From Lama glama (lineage: Eukaryota), in NCBI GenBank assembly GCA_028534125.1, contig CM052817.1:105588001-105652000 (forward strand): a stretch of DNA of 64,000 nt, written 5' to 3'. Of the stretch, positions 40,106-53,185 are shown one piece after another. Position numbers and translations under genes: made by a program. A model generated the notes under the pieces. That model was not told where the DNA came from. It ran no database searches and saw nothing but the letters and a program-made list of their open reading frames with translations. Within the stretch, counting starts at the first letter, position 1; each line of letters starts with the position of its first letter.

Positions 40106-41858
40106 ATTGGTGACCCCAAATGTAACATCACTATATTTCAGTTTTCTTGCATGTAACATGACACTAATAGCAGTGCATTTTAAAAAGGTGGTTTAAAGGA
40201 TAAAATTTCATCATTTATTTAAACTCTTTATCACAGTGCCTGACATATTTAAGTGCTCAATAAATATTTATCGAGTTTTCCTTTCAGTGTAGTGAAAAAA
40301 AATCCATGCTTTATTTGAAGCGGGGAGGCAATATTCAAATATTGCTTATTTGGAAATGCTGTCTGAAAAGGTGATTATAAAGTTGTTCATTGAAAGCAAT
40401 TGAGGGTGGAACATTCTGCTTCCACTTAGAAGAAAGAGAAAAAAACATGAAAATACATATAAATTAGAAGTGATCACACAATGTTCTGACAGAGAAAATA
40501 CCTAAATTAAAGGGATTTCCTATTGCAGAATGACAGAGATAGCAAAATAAAATACTTTAATAAACATTCTCAAGATTATAGTCTTGGAAAATTTTCACTT
40601 CAGTGGGTGAAGGAATCTTGATTATAGCAGATAGGGAAGGGCTGTGCTTTCTAGGCAGTGATATAGCAAAACAGGTGGAAAAGTTATTTATTTCAGCCTT
40701 AAGGATTATTTAAAAAGAATTATTTGAAAATAGACTTTAAAAAGACCAATGTGCAGTTTGGCATAAAATATAAACATAATTACAAATATCAGATGTACTT
40801 TGGGTTTTGATGGTCATTTCCAGTTGTTCTTGTCCAGCGAAAGTTCATCTTTGTTCTGATGTGGTCTCCCTGAGCTGTTCCTGTGGCAGATCCTTCTCTT
40901 GTGTACGTCCCCTGTGTGCTTGTCTACCTTACGCACGCTGGGTATCTTTCTATTACACTTCAGGTCGTCAAGAATTCTTTCTGGCTCTTGATCTTTCTCA
41001 AAATATTTTTAACTTGAGTCATCCTGAATTGATTTCCCTTTGAGACCCAGCTGTGTGTCCACGGCGTGCCTTGGTGTTAACCAGAGGGACAGCTCTGGCC
41101 TTTCTGTTTGGAATTTCTGTTCTCCTGCCGAAGTGCTCACCCAGGCACCTGGTTTTTCATGGAAGCCTGTGGTGATGCCAGGGGTGTTATCACACATTAG
41201 TGTCACACGGTGATGTCCCTGTTAGGGTCCAAGCCCCAAGTCCTCTCCCACTGTCCAGATCATGAGGCTCTTCCTGTAAGTCCATGATAAAGCTCCCCCT
41301 GGAAGCTGCAGAAACATGGTATGTGTAATCTTCTATAATATGATGTTGAGGAATTTTATTTTGTTTGATAGTTGTTAAGAATTATTATTCTTGAGCTAAA
41401 TAATATGGCGACCAGAACATGCAGAATGTTTCCCTTTCCCTCTGGTCCCTCCTCCTCTTCACCCTCTCTTTGACTTTCTTGACGGAGAGAACATTTTTGT
41501 CATTTGAGATCCAGATTCAGTAGGCTCATAATAATTATTTTCTTGATTATAACCATTCTGTGTGTGTCAGTTAGAGGGATGCCATTTTTAACAGTAAAGC
41601 ACATGGTGTGGATACAGTTAAGGTCAGAAACCTACAGAGTAGATTTTTGGAGTCCTGCTTGTGGATATTGCTAAGTGCCTGGGTGCTGTCATATTTTAAA
41701 GATACAGGGATAAAAAAAAAAGTAACAGATGGGGGAAAGTTTTCTTAAACGAATGATGCTGACACAATTTGTTACAGTTTAGAAAAAAAGGTAAAGATGG
41801 ATACTCACTTTCTTAAAAAATTTTTGAAAAGAAATGTTAAAGGGTTCGATGGAATTAC

Positions 41859-41893
41859 AACAGTAAGGAACAGTAAGGAAACAGCAAGGAAAT
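41859..41893 (+). repeat. Three copies of a 10-11 bp unit AACAGTAAGG
   Basis: AACAGTAAGG AACAGTAAGG AAACAGCAAGG. Confidence 0.85.
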
Positions 41894-42489
41894 GAGGGGA
41901 AAGTATTGGGAAATATATTAAATTAGAGTGAAAAAGGGCTTTCTAATCTAAAGTTGACATAAGGAATGAAAAAAAAATCCCAATCAAAAATGTTCTACAC
42001 AAAATTAAAAGATGAGCCATACATTAAAAATAAAATTGGGGAATCAACATGAAAAATAGTAAATTCAAAATGTAAAAGTTGGAAAAGATAATAAACAATT
42101 CTTAGAGGGTACTTCCACTCATTACCAAATATATGAATGAAAACCTGTAAATAATACCTATAGTAAGAGATACTGACAATGTGCGAGCCACATCTTCAGA
42201 ACAGGTATAACAGCACCCGCCTAGGCACCCTTATTCTCTGCTGCTGAGAAAGTAAAGACACCACTTTCAAATCTAGTTTAAAGGCTGTAGTTTTGTGACC
42301 TCAGAAGATCTGTCCGCTTTTCTTCCCTTTTCCTCATGCATTTTCACTGTACTTCTAACCTCTTTTCCTCAGACCTACAGGTCTATTTGACCTCCTTTGA
42401 TTTGGGCATTTTTGTCTCCACTTTCTTCTTTGTTCTCCTTTCCTGTCTTTTTTTTTCCTATTCCAATTCATGACTGGCAAGGTCAGCAG

Positions 42490-42730
42490 TATATGTAGGG
42501 GCTTAAAAGTCCAGACTCTGGAGGAAACCTACCTGGTGTCTAAGCCTAGCTCTACTAATTCGGGGCCAAGGGAAGCTAAGGAGATGACTTCACTTCTCAG
42601 TGTCCCCTGCTCTAAAATGGGAGGACTGTAGCAGTCTCTTCTCATTGGCTTGTTATACAGATCAAATATGTCAACAAGTATGAATTACTTAGAGCTGTAT
42701 CTTGCATGTGATAGCTGCTATGTAAATAAG
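42490..42730 (+). mobile_element. Near full-length MIR
   Basis: AGACTCTGGAG...CCTAGCTCTACTA...ACTTCACTTCTCAGTG...TAAAATGGG...ACTTAGAGC. Confidence 0.75.
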
Positions 42731-42969
42731 GACTCAGATGCATTGATGATTTGTTTTTTCATTTTGCATAAATAATCTGTGGGTTATTATCTTTCAAGCT
42801 TACAAAGTTTTGTAACACAGCATTTCTTCTTTATACAAGCATAGTGATCATTCTTTCTTTCCAGATTGCTCCATTTTTTTCATACTCATAAAGATTCCAT
42901 TAGCCAAAGTGATACATAGCTTTACTTTAGTATATTTAATTTTTCATATTTATGTATCCCATACATAAT

Positions 42970-44870
42970 TTATTTTTAATAACAGCTTTATTGAAATGTA
43001 ATTCTCATATGATAAAATTAACCCCTTTAAAATGTGTAATTTAGTGGTTCTTAATATATTCACAAAATTATTCAGCCACGATAGCTATTAAACTTTAGAA
43101 TAATAGGATTCCACACCTATTAGTGGTTATTTCTAGCACCCCATCCCCTCAGGTCCTAGTAAGACTACCCTATTTTCTGTCTCAATAGATTTGGCCATTC
43201 TGGACATTTTCGTATAAATTGACTCCTACAATTGGAGGTTTTTTTTTTTTTTCCCATTTAGCATGTTTTCGAGATTGACTTATATTATAGTATATATCAG
43301 TACTTCATTACTTTTAATTGGTAAAAAAAAATTCTGTTGTATATAGGTATTCGATTTTGCTTTTGTCCACTCATCAATTGATAGCTTTTTGAGTTGCTTT
43401 CACTTTTTGGTTACTATAAACATTCATGTACAGCTTGCATGTAGACATACGTTTTGATTCTTTTGGATATATGCCTAGAAATGCAGTTGTTACACACATA
43501 ATGATTCTTTGTTTAACTTTTTGGGGAACTGCCAAACTATCCTTCAGAGTGGGTACACCATTTAATATTCACACCAGCAAAACTGAAGATTCCAGTTTTT
43601 CCACATCCTTCCAAAATTTGTTAGTCCTTTTTTTTTTCTCATTTTAGCCAGCCTAGTAGGTATGAAGTTGTATCTCATAGTGGTTTTTATTTGCATTTCC
43701 CTAATGACTAATAAGGCTGAGCATTTTTTATGTGCTGTGTGTAAATCTTTTTTCGAGCAATATCTGTTAAAATCCTTCACCCATTGTTTTAATTTGATTC
43801 TTTGTCTTTTTTCTTGTTCAGTTGTATCATTCTTTATATATTCTGGATACAAAACCTTTATGAGACAAATGATTTGCAAGTATTTTCTCCCATTCAGTGG
43901 GGTATTTTTTTCACTTTTTCAATAGTTTCCTAAGGAGAGCAGAAGTTTTTAATTTTGCTGAAGTATAAGGTATCTGCTTTTCTTTGGTTTGCTGTATAAG
44001 GTTACTGAAATTTTTGCTCAGGTACCTAGTGGTAAGCTAATGACTGGCTAGAGATTTAATTAAAGGCTTTGAACCAGTAAGTGTTCCAGACTTTGGCAAG
44101 ATGCTCTATTTCTGTTTTACGTTCTGCATTGAATTCTCCCTGCAAGCATTACAGGTCTGTCTTAAGCCTTCACTCTGCTTGTTCAAGGTCTCAAGCTCAG
44201 CCAGAGATGAGAGATTAGGGAGTCTGTCTTTTTCCTAAAACGTAAAGGAGGTCCATCTTTTCTGGTCATGCACGGAGCCCTGCACATTTGTTTCGCCTTC
44301 TAGAGTCCTGGGAACAGGCAGATCTTTTCAACCACCCCCTGCGCACCTGCCCTTCCTGTCTTCCCTGTTAAGATTTTTGGCATGCTAATTTTCATCCCCA
44401 CTCATATCTCTGCCTTGAGAGCTGTAACGTTACACAAGTACAGCTGTTTGTCTTCAATAATGGACTCAGGGGCAGGGCTGTTTACACAGACTGAGCTCCA
44501 AGTCTTGCTCAAATAAAAAGAAATCACGGAAATGGAAGTTTTCAGGGAGCCGCTACATCCATCAGAGAGTATGGGGTCTCGGAGGAGCCCCAAACCCGTC
44601 CTTCCCCGTCCAGGATCAGCTAGGAAGACGGTCTTCCCAGCCAGCAGAGGTACCAAGCTGGTGGTCCAAGGTTCCCATGCAGCCGTGAAGAGACGGATGC
44701 CACCAGCATCACTGCTCTGGCTGAGACTCAGACATTTTTAACAGTAGATGCTCTGGGGAACCCTTGACTATTTCCAGAGTTCTGGAAAAAAAAATGGTTT
44801 TGACAATTTTTGCCAGTGTATTCATTATCTTTATGAAAGAGAAGTTTTTCTGGTCTTTACTACCTCTAGA
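42970..44870 (-). mobile_element. L1MB-like element in which a 5'UTR-like segment (about 44000-44870) is joined directly to the ORF2 C-terminus and 3'UTR (42970-43995)
   Basis: ORF 43562-43879 has the ORF2 C-terminal motif KKCSALLVIREMQIKTTMRYNFIPTRLAK. 3' end AACAGCTTTATTGAAATGTAATT. 5'-end-like TTTTGACAATTTTTGCCAGTG near 44800. Confidence 0.75.
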
Positions 44871-45495
44871 GATGCTTCTTGGATTTGATTTTGATAAACA
44901 GTGAAAGGATTTTTTCTTTCTTTTTTCTCAAATGGTTATGCATTTTTCCCCATACATTTGAAATGTCATGGTTATTTATTTTTTTTAATATACTGATTGT
45001 TTCTGGGAGGCTTACAAAGTCCTATTCTATTTATATGGCTATAAATTTTATCTCTAAGTTCACACTGCTATAATATTTTTCTGGGTAAATTTAGAATTAA
45101 CAGATATAAAAATTAACGGACAATTACAATTGTGAAAAATATATTAAGAGCTGTTTAACTATAAATAAGAAAAAATATATATTTTCATTAATTAAAAAGG
45201 TAGGCTGAATTACAATAAATATGTGAAAATTCAGTTATTTTATATAAATTTGTATAATTCAAATCAATACTAAGAGATTATTCTTTTTAAACAAAATTTG
45301 TCTTGAGAAAAAAGTGATTACAGCGTATAAAATCTTCCAGCTTTGTAGAACTAATAATGATTGTTTTGATAGTTTAAAGGTAATATTTTAGTTATTTACT
45401 TTGCTCCTGAATACATTTTTTAAAAAGTGAATTGTTAAAATACATTTTAAATACAAACAATTCATTTTATTTAATTTTCCTTTTTTTTTCTCTAG

Positions 45496-45684
<189 letters not shown>

Positions 45685-46010
45685 TAGGAAAGCTTTTTTT
45701 TTTTAATTTTGGAACTTAACTATTACTGTAAAACCTTTTCCAATTATAACAAAAGTGTAAAACCTATTCCAGTTATAATAATTTTGTACCACTTTTGCCA
45801 GCATGAAACATTATGGAGTAACTCATTCTAACTGGAAAATTCAAGCATAAGAAATTTAGATTATTTCTCAGCTCTAGAATATCAACAATTAGGCAAGCAT
45901 ATCAATTTTAGAAACTGAAAACCTTAAGCATTTAAATGTTTTAATTAGATCATCTGTTTAGTTGATCTTGCTAATGATGTAGAAAACTTATTTATATATA
46001 GAAAATTTTA

Positions 46011-46876
46011 TTTTGTTTAATTTTTTAAAAAAAATTATTGAAGTATAGTTGATTCCCAATGATGTGTTAGTTTCTGGTGTACAGCATAGTGATTAGGTTA
46101 TATGTATGTGTATTCTTTTTTATATTCTTTTCCATTATGGTTTACAGAATATTGAGTATGGTTCTCTGTGCTATACAGTACAACTTTGTTGTTGATTTTG
46201 TATATAGTAGTTTGTATCTGCTAATCCCAAACTCCTAATTTATCTCTCCCCACCCCTTTCCCCTTCGGTAATCATAGATTTGTTTTCTATGTCTGTGAAT
46301 CTGTTTCTGTTTTGTAAATAAGTTCATTTGTGTCATATTTTAGATTCCACGTGTAAGTGATACATGGTATCGGTCTTTCTCTGACTTACTTCACTTAGTA
46401 TGATAATGTCTGGGTCCATCCGTGTTGCTGCAAATGGCATTATTTCATTCTTTTTTATGATTAAATGATATTCACCACATAAATATACCACATCTTCTTT
46501 ATCCAGTCACTTGCGGATGGACATTTAGGTTGTTGTCATGTCTTGGCTGTTGTAAATAGTGCTGCTGTGAACATTGGGCTGCATGTATCTTTTTCAATTA
46601 GAGTTTTCTCTGGATAAATGCCCTGGAATGGGGTTGCTACAACATATTAGTAACTCTATTTTTCGTTTTTTAAGGAACCTCCATACTGTTTTCCTTACTG
46701 GCTACATCATTTTACATTCCCACCAACAGTATAGGGAGGTTCCCTTTTCTCCACAACCTCTCTAGCATTTATTATCTGTAGACTTTTCAATCATGGCCAT
46801 TCTGACCGGTGTGAGGTGATACCTCATTATAGTTTTTATTTGGATTTCTTTAATAATTAGTGAAGTTGAGTATCCC
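46011..46876 (-). mobile_element. 5'-truncated L1 (ORF2 C-terminus and 3'UTR) with TSD
   Basis: Perfect 11-bp TSD AGAAAATTTTA at 46000-46010 and 46877-46887; minus strand reads [11 protein letters not shown]. Confidence 0.92.
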
Positions 46877-47157
46877 AGAAAATTTTACAATCTCAATAAT
46901 TAATTTAATGGCTATGAACATTGGTCCAGTAGGCGGATACCATTCTTACAATCAGTACTCTTTTATTTATGATTTAATTCAAATTTTAGTTATTTAGATG
47001 AATTAATAATGTGGGATTGCATGTATGATTCATTAACAGACACACTGATGTATACAGTAATTTACTCTATGATTTACCAAAAGGGGGCAGAAAGTTACTT
47101 GGCTTTCTGTAGGAACAGCTGGGTGGCTAGTGTGATTGGTATGAATTAAGAGGAGTG

Positions 47158-47657
47158 NNNNNNNNNNNNNNNNNNNNNNNNNNNNNNNNNNNNNNNNNNN
47201 NNNNNNNNNNNNNNNNNNNNNNNNNNNNNNNNNNNNNNNNNNNNNNNNNNNNNNNNNNNNNNNNNNNNNNNNNNNNNNNNNNNNNNNNNNNNNNNNNNNN
47301 NNNNNNNNNNNNNNNNNNNNNNNNNNNNNNNNNNNNNNNNNNNNNNNNNNNNNNNNNNNNNNNNNNNNNNNNNNNNNNNNNNNNNNNNNNNNNNNNNNNN
47401 NNNNNNNNNNNNNNNNNNNNNNNNNNNNNNNNNNNNNNNNNNNNNNNNNNNNNNNNNNNNNNNNNNNNNNNNNNNNNNNNNNNNNNNNNNNNNNNNNNNN
47501 NNNNNNNNNNNNNNNNNNNNNNNNNNNNNNNNNNNNNNNNNNNNNNNNNNNNNNNNNNNNNNNNNNNNNNNNNNNNNNNNNNNNNNNNNNNNNNNNNNNN
47601 NNNNNNNNNNNNNNNNNNNNNNNNNNNNNNNNNNNNNNNNNNNNNNNNNNNNNNNNN
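47158..47657. other. Assembly gap (500 N)
   Basis: Run of exactly 500 N; the round size suggests an arbitrary scaffolding spacer. Confidence 0.98.
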
Positions 47658-47671
47658 AAAAAAAAGTGATA

Positions 47672-47815
47672 GGGGAGAGGGCATAACTCAGTGGTAGAGC
47701 ACATGCTTAGCATGCACGAGCTCCTGGGTTCAACCCCCAGGACCACCACTTAAAATAAATCAATAAATGAGCAAACCTAATTCCCTCCCCTACTGGCAAA
47801 AAAATAATAATGATA
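47672..47815 (+). mobile_element. Vic-1-type camelid tRNA(Ala)-derived SINE
   Basis: A-box AACTCAGTGGTAGAGC, B-box GGTTCAACCCC, then AAATAAAT..AAACCTAATTCCCTCCCC and an A-rich tail. Confidence 0.88.
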
Positions 47816-49500
47816 ACAAATTTTAAAAAGTAAGTCAAAAAAATAAAATAAAGCTTAAGACCTAAAGCTACCTGTTAAGGCTACAACATACAGAAGCCAA
47901 CTTTTCGACTAGTATATATATAGAGAGAGAGACCATATATAAACCATAAATTTGTTTATTTATATGTATATAAATAGAAATATCAGCCCCAAAGAATATG
48001 CCAATCAGAGTTAAGTTACTCACTGGAGCCATTCAAAATCTACGATTTTTTGTTAACCACAGACACTCCTTGTGAATTTGTCAAGGTTTCCTAAAGCCTC
48101 AGATGTTGGGCATGTAGGAAAGCAGTAAATGGTGCCCCTCCAGACGTCAGCAGGGAAATGGGGCTGAATCACCGATGGTCTCATAGGGTCAAGAGAGCAG
48201 AGCAGACCCGGAATGTGAGAAGAGATGGGCAGACTGTACCCTGTCTTTCTCAAAATATACCAAGCACTTGCTTTTTCTCTCCTCCCACTTAGGGACTTAA
48301 TAAGGGCTGGGGAGAGACACAGTCCTCTGCTTGAATCAAAGAGATGTGTACAGTCAGTCTGTTGTTAACTGGAACGAGTCTCTCAGTTACATGACTCATT
48401 CTCAGATACTACTGTTCTCTGTTCACCTACAATTGACTCTCATCTAAATTTATTCAACCAGAATTCTTTTATGGTATCAGTCAATATGCCACATGCACTT
48501 CTATGTGTAAATGGATGCATTCAGTCTTGTTTTTGACATTACACAATGATTTGCCTTCATGAAATTTCGTCTGCGTATGCCTACGTGCATATTGAAATTG
48601 GAATGACGTGGTTTAACTGGACTAGTTTACACGGGTTGGTAGGAGTGCTATGTCATAGACAACTTCTGTGCACACAAGTACTGGTCATGTTACAGAACGC
48701 TCATGAGGTGCCCAGCACTGAAAGAACTGTATAATGACTAATTAACGTAATGACACTTGTATAACAAGAAAGTCGAAAGAAGGTTAATGTGATAATGAGG
48801 CTTATTTGATCTTAAAGATTTAGCATGAGGGCACTCTCAAGATAGCTTAATGAGGTTTTAAACACCTTTTGCAATTTGCATGTGTACTTGTTAATCCATA
48901 TGTCCCAAAAATGAATTTCACTTCATTTAAATTAATAAATTTCTCTGATCCCTTTCCCTTTTCCCTTGAAACAACAACAGTGCTCTTTCACTCTTATTGG
49001 TGACGGTGTTTTCTTGAGGTTTTCATTGAGTGTGCATTATCTATGATTTTTTTCCTTCTATATTATGCTTAAATTGGAGCTCACTTCGATATAGGACAAC
49101 ACTTTAAAATGGCAAAACAACAGCTTAGTGTAATTCAGGCAGTTATGACAAGTCATGACCTGACTCTTGTAACTAATCTTTGTGTCATTTAGCATGTTTT
49201 ATTGCACCATACAACAGTAAATTTGATTTCCTTATCTGATACCTGTGTCATTTTTCAACTTGATGAAATGGAAAGAACATTTTAGAAATTAACAATAAAA
49301 CAGATGATCATTTGTAGCAATAATTTGGTCAATGGCATTCCGTTCCCTGGTGCGCTGGATGCTATAGAATTATATTTTCACATTCCGTATAAAGGTTTTC
49401 ATGAGTCCTCCAAATTACCTTTTTTATATTTTGTTAATACTTAAGAGTGATTATTGTAATTTATTTATGTGATTTTTATGGCTTATTCCTTATTCCTTTT

Positions 49501-50166
49501 TTTATTGACGTATATTTGATTTACAATGTTGTGTTACTTTCTGGTGTACAGCACAGTGATTAGGTTATGCACATATATATTCTTTTGCATATTCTTTTTC
49601 ATTATGGGCTATTACAAGGTACTGAATATAGGTCCCTGTGCTATATGGTAGGACCTTGTTTTTTTTCTGTCTTATATAATACTGTGTATGTGCTCATCCC
49701 AAATTCCTAATTTATCCCTACCTCCCTTCCCCCTTTGGTAACCATAAATTTGTTTTCTAACTATGAGTCTATTTCTAGTTTGTAAATAAGTTCATTTGTA
49801 TTAATTTTTTAGATTCTATGTATAAGTAATATTATGTGATATTTGTCTTTGACTTACTTCACTCAGTATGATCATCTCTGGGTCCATCCATGTTGCTGCA
49901 GATGACATTTCCTTCTTTTTATGGCTGAGTAGTATTCCATTGTATAAATATACTACATCGTCTTTATCCAGTCACCTGTTGGCACTTAGGTTGCTTCCAT
50001 GACTTGGCTATTTTAAATAGTGCTTCTATGAACATTGGAGTGCATGTGTCTTCTTGAATTAGAGTTTTCTATAATATATACCCAGGAGTAGGATTGCTGG
50101 ATCATATAGTAACTCTGTTTTTAGTTTTTAAGGAATCTACATACCGTTTTCCATAGTGGTTACACC
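49501..50166 (-). mobile_element. 5'-truncated L1 with TSD
   Basis: Perfect 14-bp TSD TCCTTATTCCTTTT at 49487-49500 and 50167-50180; same family as 46011-46876. Confidence 0.93.
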
Positions 50167-51559
50167 TCCTTATTCCTTTTGATATGCAGTTTCCTCTGTA
50201 GTGCATTAATCTTAAAGTCATCAAGACACAGCGTGCTGGCATGCGTGGGTCTCTTGTCTTCTCTGGCTGGTCTAAGTCAGGTCCTTTTCTAAGGCTGAAA
50301 TCATGTTCCACATTTAACACGAAGCCCTGCAGCTTCTGCAGCTCCCACTCATCAGTTCCACCTCAGGCTTCCTGAGTTCCTAGATCTCTTTGTTTTCATT
50401 CATTTGTAGTTCATTTGATTTTCATACCACCTTTCCTTTAGATTTTTAATGTATATGGAGCATTGTGATTAGAGGTCCAAATAACAAGACCACAATTCAT
50501 CAATTCTTTGCTTTTTCTATAGGCTTAATTTTGTATTTTTCAAATAGTAAATAAAGAAATCTTCATTGACCTACTTTGCTTATTGAACTGGAATTTTTTT
50601 TAATATACTATAAATAATCACCTAAACAGTTTGTGGACTGGTGGAAGTTGGAAACTCTGTGTTGTTACCATGGGATTTGTGCTTGTAGATTGCTACCCTC
50701 AAAGGACGAAATTAGCCATTGAACAAATCTCACAGCAGGTTAGTTATTAATGGAATGTTCTGGTGGCACAAGCAAGGACATAGTTTTTACCCAGACAGCC
50801 TTTTTGAAACTTAATCCAAAAGGTCTTATGTAAAGTACAAAAGAACTGTTTCAAAACAGGTCATGGAATGTCTGGTTTGCTTACATTTTTTTGTTCATAG
50901 CAGGGTTACCGCTCTTGCAGATAAATAATTGTCAGTGGGAGTCAGAAAGAAACATCTGGGCACAGGCTTAAGTAGCATTTTCCCTCAAAAATCTATACAT
51001 GTGTTTATTTGAATGTATTTATTGAGACTATACTAAATTCAAGGAGGTTTCAATTTAGCCAAGATTATTAGGTAAACATCCATCAAAAGTTTAATGCCAG
51101 TGAAGACTCCATGTTGATCAAGTGCTAAAAAAACAGTTGTTGTTGCTAATTATGGTGAATGTGATAAGAAGGACAGATGAGATATGCAAAAAGAAAATGA
51201 GAAATCAGTATGGATTGGAAGACTGATTATTTTATTGTGAGTAAAGCAGCCTGAGACATTCTTCTTTGCTTCCAGCTCCACATTTCCAGTTAACGCAAAT
51301 TAGTGTAAATAAGCTTTGCCAGAAGGTAAGTAGAAAGCTGGCTGTACACGGGCATCATGATAATAGTGACATGGAAGTCTGCTTCATGACAAAATACAGA
51401 TCATTTTGTCTGTCATACAGCTGCACGATGGATTAGCAATAGAAGATACAGCTCTTGTGACTGTCAGTAGTTCTCTGTAACTACTAATAGGTAATTTATT
51501 CTGTTACATTTGAAGAGTTTCCTCCAACTCACTTTTTGAATAGAGACCACTGGTTATTT

Positions 51560-51597
51560 AATTTATTTTATTTCTTAAAATTTTATCTTATTGAGTT
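51560..51597 (-). mobile_element. Ultra-short L1 3' tip and tail between 20-bp direct repeats
   Basis: ATAGAGACCACTGGTTATTT at 51540-51559 and 51598-51617; the insert is T-rich and ends TTATTGAGTT(ATAG), like the L1 terminus TTATTGAAGTATAG. Confidence 0.7.
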
Positions 51598-52740
51598 ATA
51601 GAGACCACTGGTTATTTTAAAGTAAAAAGAAATAATAAGCATGCAAAATATCCGATGATAGCCCTACTGCCAACAACTACAACAGACATCTCCCGCACTA
51701 ACACTTCTCTCAGTCAGCATGTCTTAAAAAAAGATCTCTTAGAAAATACCTGAGATGTTTTGTGGACGCATTTGACAGTAACTTATCGTGTATGAAAATT
51801 ATAAGCATCGTTTTTGAAAGTGAATATTTTAAAATAACACATCATGATGTTAAGGAAATAATACAATTTTGTTGAAAATTAGTTTTTAAAAAGAAGAAAA
51901 TATATTGTTTAATAAACTAATGTATTTTCGCAAATGTTTTGAGTGTAGCAAAAAAAAAAATAGTAAATAGTAGTGCCATCTATTGATAAAACTGAAAACT
52001 ACACTTTCTTATGTCAGGAAAATGAAGACTTTTACATTAAAAGGAATATATTTCCAAAAATAATGATTCCTTATTGTTATGATTATTTAAAATTATTATT
52101 GTGTCACCTCAAATACTGGAACTGTGTTAGAAAATAATATGTGTGTATGTGTGTTTCTATTATGTATGCATGTGCAGGTGTGTGTATGTATGTATGATTA
52201 ATAATGTGGTACTTCTGATCATAAATATTGCTTATTGGTTTAACTTTAATTGGGCTGACTTATTCATATGAATAATAATAAATTTAATCGATGAAGATAA
52301 TCCAATTTAACATTAAATATTTATTTTCTGCTAAAATTTTTGAGCAATAGAAACCTATCCAGTGAAAGAGGAATCACCGTTTTAATTTATTCTATTTTAA
52401 TATGAATAAAATATTTTAACATGTAAAAATCTGTGTATTTACCTTTTAGGACCACTTAGGCCATTTTCATCTTTCTTTTCCTTTATAATTGTGTTTTATA
52501 TCTAATAATAGACTAATATTTGGAAAACTCTTAAATGAGATGAGCTGTTCTCAATAATGCCACATTATACCTTTAATTGTTCCAAATTTGCTACAGCTGG
52601 CTAGAGCAATCTGTGCTCTCTGGCTAAATTATCAGGGTGAAATCGCACAGTTTAGAAGAGTTAGATTATCTATTTATGCACATATACTATGCAAGTGACA
52701 AGATGACAGAGAAGACAAGAGCAGAAAGCACTGGTGAAAT

Positions 52741-52970
52741 CCACTGATAGGATCAGTGGTATGAATGATCAGATTACCTGTGGCAGGTGACACCTGCCAG
52801 ACAGAGAATGAACAGGAGCAGCAGAGGAAGCGGTGTGACTGACAGGAGCAGAAACAATAAAAGCAAGCACAGCCTCAGGAGGGAGGGACTAAAACTGAGG
52901 CTGGCGTGACGTCAGACCCCGCCCCGCCCCGGCATGCTATGATGGTGACTGTTGGGACCTGACGCAGAGA
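52741..52970. promoter_or_regulatory. Candidate intronic enhancer or promoter motif cluster
   Basis: Palindromic double E-box 52781-52799, full CRE TGACGTCA 52907-52914, tandem GC boxes CCCCGCCCCGCCCC 52917-52930. Function is inferred only. Confidence 0.4.
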
Positions 52971-53185
52971 ACAAGCTCTTATCCATCCGTTAACTCACAC
53001 ACGTGGAATTGACCTGTTTTACAACTGCAGGTTCAGATCTATTACATACTCTGCTGGATGCTGAGGACCTGGTAATGAACCAGTGGCAGTGACATTCTTC
53101 GTGGAGGAGCTTTCTGTCATTCTTGCTGCTAGTCCAGCTCCCCGTGTGCTGAATGCAAGCTGTCCTTCCCTCAAAACACTTTACT

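Noticed and set aside
40620..41330. Possible old LTR or ERV-internal remnant
   Set aside because: The composition is suggestive, but I could not identify termini, a TSD or a family.
47672..47748. tRNA-Ala gene (also 58918-58992)
   Set aside because: Mismatched stems plus a shared non-tRNA body and A-tail show these are SINE heads.
47033..47749. Longest ORFs in the track (180-238 aa)
   Set aside because: Artefacts of translating through the N gap.
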